A DNA stretch of 57,621 bases from Clostridia bacterium (GTDB lineage Bacteria; Bacillota; Clostridia; JAQVDB01). The stretch spans positions 1 to 57,621 of the forward strand of contig JAQVDB010000002.1 in assembly GCA_028698525.1 (NCBI GenBank). The letters are read 5' to 3'. Positions 27,736-37,089 of this stretch are shown here, piece after piece. The position numbers were made by a program, and so were the translations under genes. The notes below the pieces were generated by a model, which saw only the letters and a list, made by a program, of their open reading frames with translations, did not search any database and was not told the DNA's origin. The stretch's first letter is position 1; each line of letters opens with the position of its first letter.

Positions 27736-28191
27736 CTACTCCTCCTCCGTAACAGATTTTCTCATTGTAAGCACAGTACCTCTGCCCTCATTAGACTTTA
27801 ACTCCACTTCATCCATGAGAGATTTTATTATAAATACTCCAAGCCCCCCTTCTTTAGGGTTGGATAGATCAGGCTTTTTTAATTTATCGACCTGCATTCC
27901 TTTCCCTTTATCCTTAACAGTTATTTCTATATTCCCCGGTTCAACTTTGAAATCAATAACAAAACTGTTTTCACATTCTGTACAGCCATGAAGTATTGCA
28001 TTAGTACAAGCCTCTGCTATTGCTACCTTAATATCTTCTATGTCTTCTATATTAAATCCAACCCTATTAGCGATAGCGGACGCAGTCAACCTTGCAACAC
28101 TCACATATTCAGGTTTGTTAGGAAGTATAAGTTGGATTTTATCATATATGCAATCTTCGCTGGATGCGGCAATTTGGGAAAAACTATTCAT
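27736..28191 (-). CDS. rsbW: Anti-sigma-B factor / serine kinase RsbW
   Basis: PNKPEYVSVARLTASAIANRVGF...IAEACTNAILHG closely parallels RsbW. The likely start is ATG 28191, behind GAGGAG. Confidence 0.85.
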   Translation of the reverse strand: MNSFSQIAASSEDCIYDKIQLILPNKPEYVSVARLTASAIANRVGFNIEDIEDIKVAIAEACTNAILHGCTECENSFVIDFKVEPGNIEITVKDKGKGMQVDKLKKPDLSNPKEGGLGVFIIKSLMDEVELKSNEGRGTVLTMRKSVTEEE

Positions 28192-28198
28192 AATAAAT

Positions 28199-28516
28199 TC
28201 ACTCCTCGACAATAAAAATCTTGTTTAAACCCGTTATCTCTAGCAGCCTTTTCACATTATCTCTAGGGCCTTTTAATACTATATTTCCATTATACTCTTT
28301 AACCCTTCTCAAAACCCCTATAAATACTCCCAAGCCTGTGCTATCAATATATACAAGATCATGCATATCCACTACCAAATCTGTCTTTTCTTTTTCTATC
28401 GGATCCAAAAGTTTCTCTTTTAACTTTGGCGCCGTATAAACATCTACTTCACCTTCGACCTTTACATACCAATTACCTTGTGCTTCATTTTTGGTACACT
28501 CCACATTAAAAGCCAT
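28199..28516 (-). CDS. rsbV: Anti-anti-sigma factor RsbV (STAS domain)
   Basis: STAS fold with the phosphorylatable-Ser motif YIDSTGLGV. The likely start is ATG 28516, behind GGAGG. Confidence 0.85.
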   Translation of the reverse strand: MAFNVECTKNEAQGNWYVKVEGEVDVYTAPKLKEKLLDPIEKEKTDLVVDMHDLVYIDSTGLGVFIGVLRRVKEYNGNIVLKGPRDNVKRLLEITGLNKIFIVEE

Positions 28517-28546
28517 AACCATAACCTCCAATACCGGATATATTAT

Positions 28547-28822
28547 CTACTCTTCCATCTCTTCAGAAACCATTTCAGTCGTTTTTTCTCCCGAATCTTT
28601 ATACTCATTATATTTTTGCTCTACTAATTCTTCTGTCTGGTTTAAATCTATCCCTATCTCTTTTCCTTTTTCCAAAATAGCATCTTTTATTTCATTGCCT
28701 CTTTTTTTGAGTATATCTCTATTCTTTTCTCCCGTATTAGGTGTTAAAAGCAATGCTGTTATACCTCCTAAAATTGCACCAAAAACTACGCCAGTAAAGA
28801 ATCCTCCTTTGTTTTCTGACAT
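28547..28822 (-). CDS. YtxH-domain protein
   Basis: GGFFTGVVFGAILGGITALLLTPNTGEKNR is the characteristic YtxH N-terminus. Confidence 0.75.
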   Translation of the reverse strand: MSENKGGFFTGVVFGAILGGITALLLTPNTGEKNRDILKKRGNEIKDAILEKGKEIGIDLNQTEELVEQKYNEYKDSGEKTTEMVSEEMEE

Positions 28823-28919
28823 AAAACTTCCTCCCTTACTCTTTTATAACACATTTATATACTAGATACCCCAAAAAAATGTCTCTAATCACTTATCTTT
28901 TTATAGAATACATATATTA

Positions 28920-30368
28920 TCAATATGCTTTTGCAAAATACATCATCTTTTCAGCCTTTTCCCCACAACATACACATGTATCGCTTATATGTTCCTGATC
29001 AAAAGGCATACATCTACTGGTAGCACCAGTCTGATCTTTTATGCTATCTTCACATTCCCTGCTCCCGCACCACATAGCCTTTGCAAAGCCCTTTTTATTG
29101 TCTACTATATCCTTCAATTGTTGGATGTTTTCAGCGTTAAATGTACGGTCCTCCATGAATTTCTTTGCCTTGTTATACATTCCATCATGGACCTGTTCTA
29201 GTAGTTGATCTATTGTTTGGGATACATTGTCCATTGATACAAACAACTTTTCACCTGTATCCCTTCTCACCAATACAACCTGATTTTTCTTTATATCTCT
29301 TGGGCCTATCTCCAGCCTTACCGGAACGCCTTTTAATTCCCACTCATTGAATTTCCAGCCGGGGGTATAGGTATCCCTATCATCCAGCTCTACTCTTATA
29401 CCTGACTTTTTCAATATAGTAAATAGCTCATTCGCTTTATCCAACACTCCTTCCTTATGCATGGCTACAGGTACTATTACCACTTGAACTGGTGCAACTC
29501 TTGGAGGCAACACCAGCCCTCTTTCATCCCCATGAACCATTATTATACCACCTATCAGTCTGGTGGATACACCCCATGAGGTTTGATATACGTACTTGAG
29601 CTGTCCATCCTTATCAAGGTATTGTATATCAAAAACTTTTGCAAAATGCTGTCCTAAATTGTGAGAAGTACCTGCTTGCAATGCCTTACCATCGCTCATC
29701 ATGGCTTCCATGGTATATGTGGTAAGAGCACCGGCGAATTTTTCCTTTTCTGTCTTTTGCCCTTTTATAACAGGCATAGCTAAGTCATTTTCTGCAAAAT
29801 CGGTATAAACATTCAACATGCGCAAAGTCTCTTGTTGAGCCTCCTGTTCAGTTGCATGTGCAGTATGCCCTTCCTGCCATAAAAATTCTGATGTTCTTAA
29901 AAAAGGTCTCGTACTCTTTTCCCATCTCACTACATTACACCATTGGTTCAAAAGTACAGGCAAATCCCTATACGACTTTATCCATTTTGAATACATACTA
30001 CATATGATAGTTTCAGAAGTAGGTCTTACCACCAACCTCTCGTTGAGTTTTTCATTTCCTCCGTGAGTTACCCATGCAACCTCAGGTGCAAAACCCTCTA
30101 CATGATCCTGCTCTTTTTTTAATAAACTTTCGGGTATAAACAATGGAAAATATGCATTCTTATGTCCTGTTTCCTTAAACCTCTCATCCAATAGTTTCTG
30201 TATATTTTCCCATATAGCATATCCATACGGTTTTATTACCATACAGCCCTTTACTGGGGAATAATCCACCAGTTCAGCCTTTAATATAACATCAGTGTAC
30301 CATTGTGAAAAATCCTCTTCCCTTGAGGTAATATGTTCAACAAACTCCTGTTGCTCTTTTTTTGCCAT
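28920..30368 (-). CDS. proS: Proline--tRNA ligase (archaeal/eukaryote-like type, no INS editing domain)
   Basis: 482 aa with class II aaRS motifs and a C-terminal Zn-binding region (CVCCGEKA). Confidence 0.95.
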   Translation of the reverse strand: MAKKEQQEFVEHITSREEDFSQWYTDVILKAELVDYSPVKGCMVIKPYGYAIWENIQKLLDERFKETGHKNAYFPLFIPESLLKKEQDHVEGFAPEVAWVTHGGNEKLNERLVVRPTSETIICSMYSKWIKSYRDLPVLLNQWCNVVRWEKSTRPFLRTSEFLWQEGHTAHATEQEAQQETLRMLNVYTDFAENDLAMPVIKGQKTEKEKFAGALTTYTMEAMMSDGKALQAGTSHNLGQHFAKVFDIQYLDKDGQLKYVYQTSWGVSTRLIGGIIMVHGDERGLVLPPRVAPVQVVIVPVAMHKEGVLDKANELFTILKKSGIRVELDDRDTYTPGWKFNEWELKGVPVRLEIGPRDIKKNQVVLVRRDTGEKLFVSMDNVSQTIDQLLEQVHDGMYNKAKKFMEDRTFNAENIQQLKDIVDNKKGFAKAMWCGSRECEDSIKDQTGATSRCMPFDQEHISDTCVCCGEKAEKMMYFAKAY

Positions 30369-30394
30369 TTAAATTTATCCTCCTAATTTTTATA

Positions 30395-30645
30395 ATATAA
30401 AAAACCTTCGCCCCCCAAAAGGACGAAGGTCATTCTCCGTGGTACCACCCTAATTGGAAAACATAAAAATATTTTCCCACTTTAAAAATATAACGGTAAT
30501 GCTCCGTATATCCCTACTAAAAATTCAGGATATATACTCGGGGACGGGTTGGAAAAAAGGCGGTTCAGGAACCTTTCAGCCACGGGTTCCACTCTCTTGG
30601 AACACTTCTTTCTACTGTTTCCCTTCATAGATACATGCTTTTTTA
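30395..30645 (-). promoter_or_regulatory. T-box leader controlling proS (tentative CCU proline specifier)
   Basis: On the minus strand: an AGAGAG box; the T-box sequence AATTAGGGTGGTACCACGG (about 30438-30456); and terminator ACCTTCG...CGAAGGTTTTTT (about 30400-30430), competing with the antiterminator. The GGTTCCTGAACC loop offers a CCU codon. Confidence 0.85.
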
Positions 30646-30931
30646 TTTAATATTATATAAACTATTCTAACTTGTCAACCATTAAAGACATTAAGGATAC
30701 TGTCCGGACAATGCAAACAATTTTTGTGTTTATTTTTATTGCATAATAAAGGGAGAAACTCCTAGAGGGAACACGATGAAGTCACTTAGACTCTTTTAAT
30801 ATTAATATAATCCCATATCCCCATAAAATACACTCTTTAAGCCTGGTGCAAAACCGAGGCATATATGCTACAATAATACCGAATTAATAAAAGCACCATA
30901 GTTAATTAATGTTGAAGAAATACTAGGAAGG

Positions 30932-32350
30932 GTGTTTCAAATGGAAGTAGCGATTGTCGGAGCAGGTAAGCTAGGCTACAAAATTGCCGAATCCCTTGTG
31001 AATGGAGACATAGATGTTACCATAATCGATACAAATCCAAACGTGATAGAGGATGTCAAGGACCATCTGGATGTATTGACGGTGAAAGCAAACGGTCTAG
31101 AGATCGAAGTGTTGAAAGAATTAGACATCAAATCTTATGATATAGTCATCGCCGTTACAAATAGCGATGAAACCAACATCATCATCTGTTCTCTGGCAAA
31201 AAAATTAGGATGCGGCAAAACAGTGGCTAGAATTAGAAGTCCTGAATACACTAAGCAAATCAGTTTCATTAAATCGGAGATGGAGATCGACTATGTTGTC
31301 AACCCGGAACTAGCCACTGCAAACGAAATCGTTCGATATTTATTGCAGAGCTATACATTTTATTCAGGGAACTTTGCAAAAGGCAGAGTATCGGTGGTAG
31401 ACTTTAAAATATCCAATTTACCTAAATTCATAGGAAAAAGAATAATGGATATAGAAAATATAGACGGCTTGCTGATTACAGCAATACTCAGGGATAATAA
31501 AATATTCATTCCCAACGGGTCCAGTCAACTGAAAGAAGAAGACATAATTTATATCATAGGGGAAAAGGATAATATCGACCGATTGAAGGAAGAAAACAGC
31601 AACATTCCTGATTTTAGAAATCATATAAAGAAAGTCATGCTATTGGGTGGAAGCAAAATAGGATACTATTTAGCTAAAAAATTGACTCGTCTAGGTATAT
31701 CAGTCAAGCTCATAGAACAGAACAGACAAAAATGTGAATATCTTTCGGAAGAATTGAACGACACCCTTGTCATATGCGGAGATGGAACAGACACAAATCT
31801 GTTGGAGGAGGAAGACTTGGCTTCAACAGACGCATTCATCGGCATAACAGGTTATGACGAAGCCAACCTGCTCATGGCGTTGATGGCCAAACAATCCGGT
31901 GTTAAAAAGGCAATTGCCAAAGTGAGCAGGAAAAGTTATACTCAAATAATAGAAAAACTGGATATTGATGCAGCGGTGAATCCTCTAGATATCACTGCCA
32001 GCGACATATTGAAATTCATCCGCGGCGGCAAGGTGGTATCAGTATCCCTTCTTCTAGGCGGTGAAGCAGAGGTTACAGAAATCATTGCGTCAGAGAGTTT
32101 ATCAATTATAGGAAAGCCTCTATCAAAACTGGGCCTTCCAAAAGGCATCATCATCGGCTCCATCATCCATGACGGGCAAGTCATCATCCCTAACGGAAAT
32201 TCAGTGATAATGCCCGGAGATAGATTTGTAGTCTTTTGTCTTACCTCGGAGGTACCGGTATTAAAGCATTTTTTTACGCCTAAAAAAGGGGGACCATTCA
32301 GTGAACTACGGAATTATACTAAAAATACAAGGAAATTTATTGATATTTGA
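30932..32350 (+). CDS. trkA: Trk potassium uptake system, NAD-binding subunit TrkA (double RCK)
   Basis: Two IVGAGKLG-type Rossmann/RCK repeats. The probable start is ATG 30941 (MEVAIVGAGKLG). Confidence 0.9.
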   Translation: MFQMEVAIVGAGKLGYKIAESLVNGDIDVTIIDTNPNVIEDVKDHLDVLTVKANGLEIEVLKELDIKSYDIVIAVTNSDETNIIICSLAKKLGCGKTVARIRSPEYTKQISFIKSEMEIDYVVNPELATANEIVRYLLQSYTFYSGNFAKGRVSVVDFKISNLPKFIGKRIMDIENIDGLLITAILRDNKIFIPNGSSQLKEEDIIYIIGEKDNIDRLKEENSNIPDFRNHIKKVMLLGGSKIGYYLAKKLTRLGISVKLIEQNRQKCEYLSEELNDTLVICGDGTDTNLLEEEDLASTDAFIGITGYDEANLLMALMAKQSGVKKAIAKVSRKSYTQIIEKLDIDAAVNPLDITASDILKFIRGGKVVSVSLLLGGEAEVTEIIASESLSIIGKPLSKLGLPKGIIIGSIIHDGQVIIPNGNSVIMPGDRFVVFCLTSEVPVLKHFFTPKKGGPFSELRNYTKNTRKFIDI

Positions 32351-33749
32351 AGCCATAGGGATGGTTCCCGGGCTTTTATTATCATTATATTACGGACAGC
32401 AGGATAAAACAGCTTTTATTATCAGCATTTTGGTAACAGGAATATGCGGATACGTTTTATCCAGAACAGCTGTATCCGACAATAAGTTTAAAGCAAAAGA
32501 AGCAATAACAATCGTTTCCCTGGGATGGATATCAGCATCCTTTTTCGGGTGTCTGCCTTTTATATTTTCCGGAAGCATCCCCTCATTCATAGATGCATTT
32601 TTCGAAACAGTCTCCGGCTTTACAACCACAGGAGCCACCATCATAGATGATGTGGAAATACTGCCCAAGGGTTTGTTGTTTTGGAGATCTTTCACCCACT
32701 GGATAGGGGGAATGGGAATACTGGTCTTTACGTTGGCTGTTGTTCCTGCCATGGGTGTGGGAAGTTTTCAGATATTTAAAGCGGAAAGTCCAGGGCCTAT
32801 TGCCAACAAGATAGTTCCTCGAATTAAAGACACAGCCAAAATACTGTATACCACATACATGGGCATCACCCTTTTGGAAATAATTTTATTAAAACTAGGC
32901 GGAATGTCCCTCTATCAGGCTGCCGTCCATACATTCGGCACTGTAGGAACAGGAGGATTTTCCACCAAAAACGCCAGCATAAGAGGATTTGACAGCGCTT
33001 ATATACACGTTGTCATCTCAATATTCATGTTGCTGTCCGGAGTAAACTTTTCTTTGTATTTCGCATTATACAAAAAAAAGTGGCGTGATATATTGGACAA
33101 CGAAGAACTGAAATTCTACTTAGGCATCGTGTTAATCTCGGTTATACTCATCGCTGTAGATATCAATACCAACATATATCACGATGTAGCAAAATCCATA
33201 AAAGACGCTTTGTTTCAAGTAAGCTCTGTAATAACCACTACCGGTTATTCCACTGTAGATTATGATAAATGGTCCGCCTTCAGCAAAGGGATTCTGTTCA
33301 TCCTTATGTTCGTAGGCGGCTGTGCCGGCTCTACTAGCGGAGGAATAAAGAGCATTAGAGTGTTAGTTTTATTAAAATTGGTGAAAAAGGAAATATCCAG
33401 AGTGTTTCATCCCAGAGCCGTCATCCCGGTAAAGATCGGGCCTCGCTCCATATCATCCAATACTCTGTCTAGCATAGCCAGTTTCTTTGTACTTTATATA
33501 ATTGTTTTCCTGATAGGAACCTTGATAATTTCCTTAGAAGGAATTGGATTGATAGATGCCTCCAGTGCAGTAGCCGCTACCCTTGGAAATATTGGTCCCG
33601 GTTTTGGCTTTGCAGGTCCTGCACGTACGTACAGCCAATTCAGCCCATATAGCAAACTGTTGCTGTCATTCTTTATGCTGTTGGGAAGACTAGAATTGTT
33701 CACCTTAATCGTATTTTTTACACCCAAGTTTTGGAGAGAAGAAGTATAA
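32301..33749 (+). CDS. trkH: Trk potassium uptake system, membrane subunit TrkH
   Basis: 482-aa polytopic protein with repeated TTTG/GTGG selectivity-filter-like motifs. It overlaps the trkA 3' end. Confidence 0.9.
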   Translation: MNYGIILKIQGNLLIFEAIGMVPGLLLSLYYGQQDKTAFIISILVTGICGYVLSRTAVSDNKFKAKEAITIVSLGWISASFFGCLPFIFSGSIPSFIDAFFETVSGFTTTGATIIDDVEILPKGLLFWRSFTHWIGGMGILVFTLAVVPAMGVGSFQIFKAESPGPIANKIVPRIKDTAKILYTTYMGITLLEIILLKLGGMSLYQAAVHTFGTVGTGGFSTKNASIRGFDSAYIHVVISIFMLLSGVNFSLYFALYKKKWRDILDNEELKFYLGIVLISVILIAVDINTNIYHDVAKSIKDALFQVSSVITTTGYSTVDYDKWSAFSKGILFILMFVGGCAGSTSGGIKSIRVLVLLKLVKKEISRVFHPRAVIPVKIGPRSISSNTLSSIASFFVLYIIVFLIGTLIISLEGIGLIDASSAVAATLGNIGPGFGFAGPARTYSQFSPYSKLLLSFFMLLGRLELFTLIVFFTPKFWREEV

Positions 33750-33824
33750 CAGCCGTCCCCTTGTTGTAAATTTACTATAATAAAAGAATAGATCAAAAAA
33801 ATACTGTATAAGTAATGGTTCCAT

Positions 33825-34322
33825 TTATATATTCTTAATAAATGGAACCAGGTAACTTGCCACCAATCCCACAAAAAAGCCTGTAATAGTACCTGATATT
33901 AAAAGTACAGGCAGATAAGAAAAAACACCCAAATTATTTATGATTAGTGAAGCCACAACAAGCTGACCTATGTTATGGAATATCGCCCCAATTATACTTA
34001 TTACAGTCAAACTAAAAAACTTGTTATACTTTTTATACATAATCCCCATAACTACAGCACTCAATAATCCTCCAACAACGCTATAAAAAAAAGTAGTAGG
34101 CATACCTCCCAGCATAGACGCCAGAAAAGTCCGGACTAATACAACTGCTACTGCCTCTCTCAATCCGTATAAAACCAAAACCATCAGTGTTATGATATTA
34201 GAAAGTCCTAGCTTAATACCGGGTATCCCATAAGGCACAGGTATATATGCTTCCACTAAATGAAGGACTAATGCTTGGGATATAAGTATAGAAAGTAATA
34301 TAATCTTTTTTGTATTCGCCAT
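33825..34322 (-). CDS. Gx transporter family membrane protein (heptaprenyl diphosphate synthase component I-like)
   Basis: 165-aa, 5-TM protein with the LHLVEAYIPVP..PGIKLGLSNI signature. It is clustered with NusG-II and ApbE. Confidence 0.75.
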   Translation of the reverse strand: MANTKKIILLSILISQALVLHLVEAYIPVPYGIPGIKLGLSNIITLMVLVLYGLREAVAVVLVRTFLASMLGGMPTTFFYSVVGGLLSAVVMGIMYKKYNKFFSLTVISIIGAIFHNIGQLVVASLIINNLGVFSYLPVLLISGTITGFFVGLVASYLVPFIKNI

Positions 34323-34337
34323 TAATACTGCCCCTTT

Positions 34338-34715
34338 TCAATAGCTAATCCCATCAATATCCTCTGACTCACCTATAATTTTGATGACAACCTTGTTGGG
34401 CAAGCATACTACAGTCTCACCTGGACTATCTATCCATCCTGTATTCACACAAACTTCATCTGGACAATTGGCCTCTTTTACCCTTGCCCTTCCAGTTTCT
34501 ATTTCTATAATATTTATTTTCCCATCATCCTGCTGAATTTTTATTGTTTTTTTTAGATCTTGCTGTCTCAAATCTAATTTATCATAAAGTTTTCCATCTA
34601 CCGTTATTTCTACAAAATCCGGACTTTTCTCCTTGTTAAGCAAATTGGTAATCAAAAAAGCACTTATGATAGCAACAGCGATCAATATTAAAGCTATTAT
34701 ATCCCCTTTTTTCAT
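34338..34715 (-). CDS. NusG domain II-containing (DUF1312) membrane-anchored protein
   Basis: N-terminal TM plus a beta-rich domain with CPDEVCVNTGWI...VCLPNKV. Confidence 0.75.
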   Translation of the reverse strand: MKKGDIIALILIAVAIISAFLITNLLNKEKSPDFVEITVDGKLYDKLDLRQQDLKKTIKIQQDDGKINIIEIETGRARVKEANCPDEVCVNTGWIDSPGETVVCLPNKVVIKIIGESEDIDGISY

Positions 34716-35749
34716 TTTAATTTAAAATCCTCACTTGTTATTTTTACTTTGCCTTTTAAACCACTTGAAACCAGTACCTCCATATTATCATTGATTATTA
34801 TCGCTTCAGTATTATCCATGTTCTCTATCAGTTCCAACCCTTTTTGAGGACCTAACAAAAATATAGAAGTAGATAGCGCATCAGCATCTATTGATCTATC
34901 TGCCACCACTGTAGCACTTATACACCCAGTCCACGCAGGATACCCAGTATCAGGGTCTAAAATATGATGATATCTTTTTCCACCTGATTTAAAAAACCTT
35001 TCATAATCACCAGAAGTTACAACAGACTTATCCTCCACCTCTACAACTGCCGCCACGTTACCTCTGGGTTTTCTAGGATGCTGTATACCTATCTTCCAAG
35101 GCGATCCGTCAGACTTGGAACCTATGACAAAAATATTTCCTCCTAAACTTATAAAAGCGCTTTTTATTCCTTGATCCTTTAAGATTTTTGCTGCCTCATC
35201 AGCTGCATAGCCCTTTGCTATGCCTCCTAAGTCTATGCCCATATCTCTTTTTTTTAAAAAAATGACACATCCATCTTCATCTATTTCAATATCCTGATAC
35301 CCTATATAACCTAATATTTCTTTTACCTTTTGTTCATCAGGAATATCATTATCTTTTTGATGTCCTATGTCCCATAGCTCAACTAAAGGCTGAATAGACA
35401 CATCAAATTTCCCATCCGACAATTGAGAATAATGTACTGCCTTTTGCATAACATACAATGTCTGCCTATCTACCTTTACCGGGGATATACCCGACATTTT
35501 ATTTATCTTTGAAACATCGCTATCCTGTATGTTTACACCCATCAGCCTGTCAATCTCATTAATCTTTTCAAATACTTTTTGAACAGCTTTTTCTGCATTC
35601 ACTCCATAAACTTCAATATCTACCGCTGTACCCATAGCAAAATCTTGTCTCTTTATTTGTTTTTGGTTTGTACATGCACTAATGGTAATCATTATTAGAA
35701 TCATAACTGCTGCTAAAATAAACATTATGCTGCTTCGTGATGATCTCAT
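34712..35749 (-). CDS. apbE: FAD:protein FMN transferase (ApbE), lipoprotein
   Basis: Lipobox ITISAC, FAMGT motif, GGIAKGYA motif; 345 aa. Confidence 0.9.
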   Translation of the reverse strand: MRSSRSSIMFILAAVMILIMITISACTNQKQIKRQDFAMGTAVDIEVYGVNAEKAVQKVFEKINEIDRLMGVNIQDSDVSKINKMSGISPVKVDRQTLYVMQKAVHYSQLSDGKFDVSIQPLVELWDIGHQKDNDIPDEQKVKEILGYIGYQDIEIDEDGCVIFLKKRDMGIDLGGIAKGYAADEAAKILKDQGIKSAFISLGGNIFVIGSKSDGSPWKIGIQHPRKPRGNVAAVVEVEDKSVVTSGDYERFFKSGGKRYHHILDPDTGYPAWTGCISATVVADRSIDADALSTSIFLLGPQKGLELIENMDNTEAIIINDNMEVLVSSGLKGKVKITSEDFKLK

Positions 35750-35817
35750 ACCATTCCTCCGTTTCCGTTATCTATACATACTATTTCAGTAAAAAAAGAG
35801 GGAATAAACATCACATG

Positions 35818-36411
35818 CTACCCCTCGTTTTTATTATTTACATATCTATTCGCTATTAATTTTTTATATATCTGATCTTTCGCTCTTTTATGCCTGCTCT
35901 TAACAGTTCCACGTTTTATATTGAGCACCTTGGATATTTCATTTTCAGTCAATCGGTTATAATATTTTAATATTATGACATCTCTATATTTGGGCTCCAA
36001 GCTATTTATTATATCTATTACAATCTTTTTGGTTTCTTCCCTTATAATAAAATCTTCGGGCAAATAATAATCCTCATTTTTGGAAATGAATTCTAGCGTG
36101 TTTTCTTCCACAGCAACATATTTTTTGTGTTTTTTTATCCATGACATGGATTCATTCTTTGCAATTGTAAATATCCAATTTTTGAATTTGCTTTCATCCT
36201 TGAGCGAATCTAAATTTTTAAAAGCTTTTATCAATGTATTTTGAAGGACGTCTTCAGCAGCATATTCATTCCTTAAAATCAAAAAAATATACCTATAAAG
36301 ATTATTATAAAAAGGATTGACCATCTGCTCAAAACTATCAAATTTAGATTTGATATTCCCACTGTATAACATGATTGCCCAAACCTTTCGATATACTTCA
36401 TTATATTGCAT
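35818..36411 (-). CDS. ECF-type RNA polymerase sigma-70 family factor
   Basis: Region 2 (EDVLQNTLIKAF..NWIFTIAKN) and region 4 (TENEISKVLNIKRGTVKSR). Confidence 0.8.
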   Translation of the reverse strand: MQYNEVYRKVWAIMLYSGNIKSKFDSFEQMVNPFYNNLYRYIFLILRNEYAAEDVLQNTLIKAFKNLDSLKDESKFKNWIFTIAKNESMSWIKKHKKYVAVEENTLEFISKNEDYYLPEDFIIREETKKIVIDIINSLEPKYRDVIILKYYNRLTENEISKVLNIKRGTVKSRHKRAKDQIYKKLIANRYVNNKNEG

Positions 36412-36431
36412 AACAACAAAACAAAGTATTA

Positions 36432-36881
36432 CTATATGTTATCTTTCCTAGATAAATTTTTAAAACATTTTCTACAGTACCCATACATCTCAAATACATG
36501 ATCTGTAATTATAAACGTCTCTGAATCAGACAATGTTGAAATAAATTCTGCTGGACAAAAATCGACGGTAGCTGTTCTTCCGCATTTCTTACATATCACA
36601 TGATGATGGTGCTCACTGCAGCACTCCAGCTTATACTTAACAGCTTTTCTGCTAGCAACCACCTTTTTTATAATACCTGCTTGCTCCAATACTTCTATAT
36701 TTCTATATACAGTTGAATAAGTAGTATCCTTGTAATGTGATTTTACCTTGCTATATATATCATTGAGCGAAAATAAATAATCCGGTTCTTCGCATAGAAT
36801 CTCTATCAAATTCTCCCTCTGACTTGTAAGTCGATATCCGCTTTTCCTTAACTTGGATTTCACATCACAGCTATCATACAT
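36432..36881 (-). CDS. Fur-family metalloregulator (Fur/Zur/PerR type)
   Basis: wHTH N-terminus, HHHHVICKKCG and YGYCRKC Cys pairs. Confidence 0.85.
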   Translation of the reverse strand: MYDSCDVKSKLRKSGYRLTSQRENLIEILCEEPDYLFSLNDIYSKVKSHYKDTTYSTVYRNIEVLEQAGIIKKVVASRKAVKYKLECCSEHHHHVICKKCGRTATVDFCPAEFISTLSDSETFIITDHVFEMYGYCRKCFKNLSRKDNI

Positions 36882-37043
36882 CTTGAAAGACCACCTGCTA
36901 AATTTTTTGATAGTAAATTTTACTGTTCTTTTTTATTATAACTCATAAAACCTTATTTTTCTACAACATGCAATAACGTGTAATTCTTTAATGGATATTT
37001 CCTATGCCTTTTTACATCCTTTGGTTTACACATTTTTCTTGTA

Positions 37044-37074
37044 TAAAAAACGCCTAAAACATCAGTTTTAAGCG
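37044..37074 (-). terminator. Intrinsic terminator after the distal SNF transporter gene
   Basis: 10-bp stem 37051-37060/37065-37074, with one G-U only on the minus strand, followed by UUUUUU. Confidence 0.65.
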
Positions 37075-37089
37075 CTTTTTAAAATAAGT

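Noticed and set aside
28491-28865. 124-aa plus-strand ORF antisense to the YtxH gene
   Set aside because: Its translation is Ser/Phe/Ile-rich and low-complexity, with no RBS. The minus-strand YtxH ORF has a canonical motif and RBS.
30661-30931. Possible c-di-AMP (ydaO/kimA-type) riboswitch upstream of trkA
   Set aside because: I looked for the conserved ACGGGGA / CCCGA / GGGGUGAAUCC-type elements and the pseudo-two-fold architecture, and none is present. The region looks like ordinary promoter and leader DNA.
33816-33850. 13-bp hairpin between trkH and the Gx gene as a bidirectional terminator
   Set aside because: The stem is real, but neither strand has a U-tract, and it overlaps the last codons of the Gx gene. 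It is not reported as a terminator.
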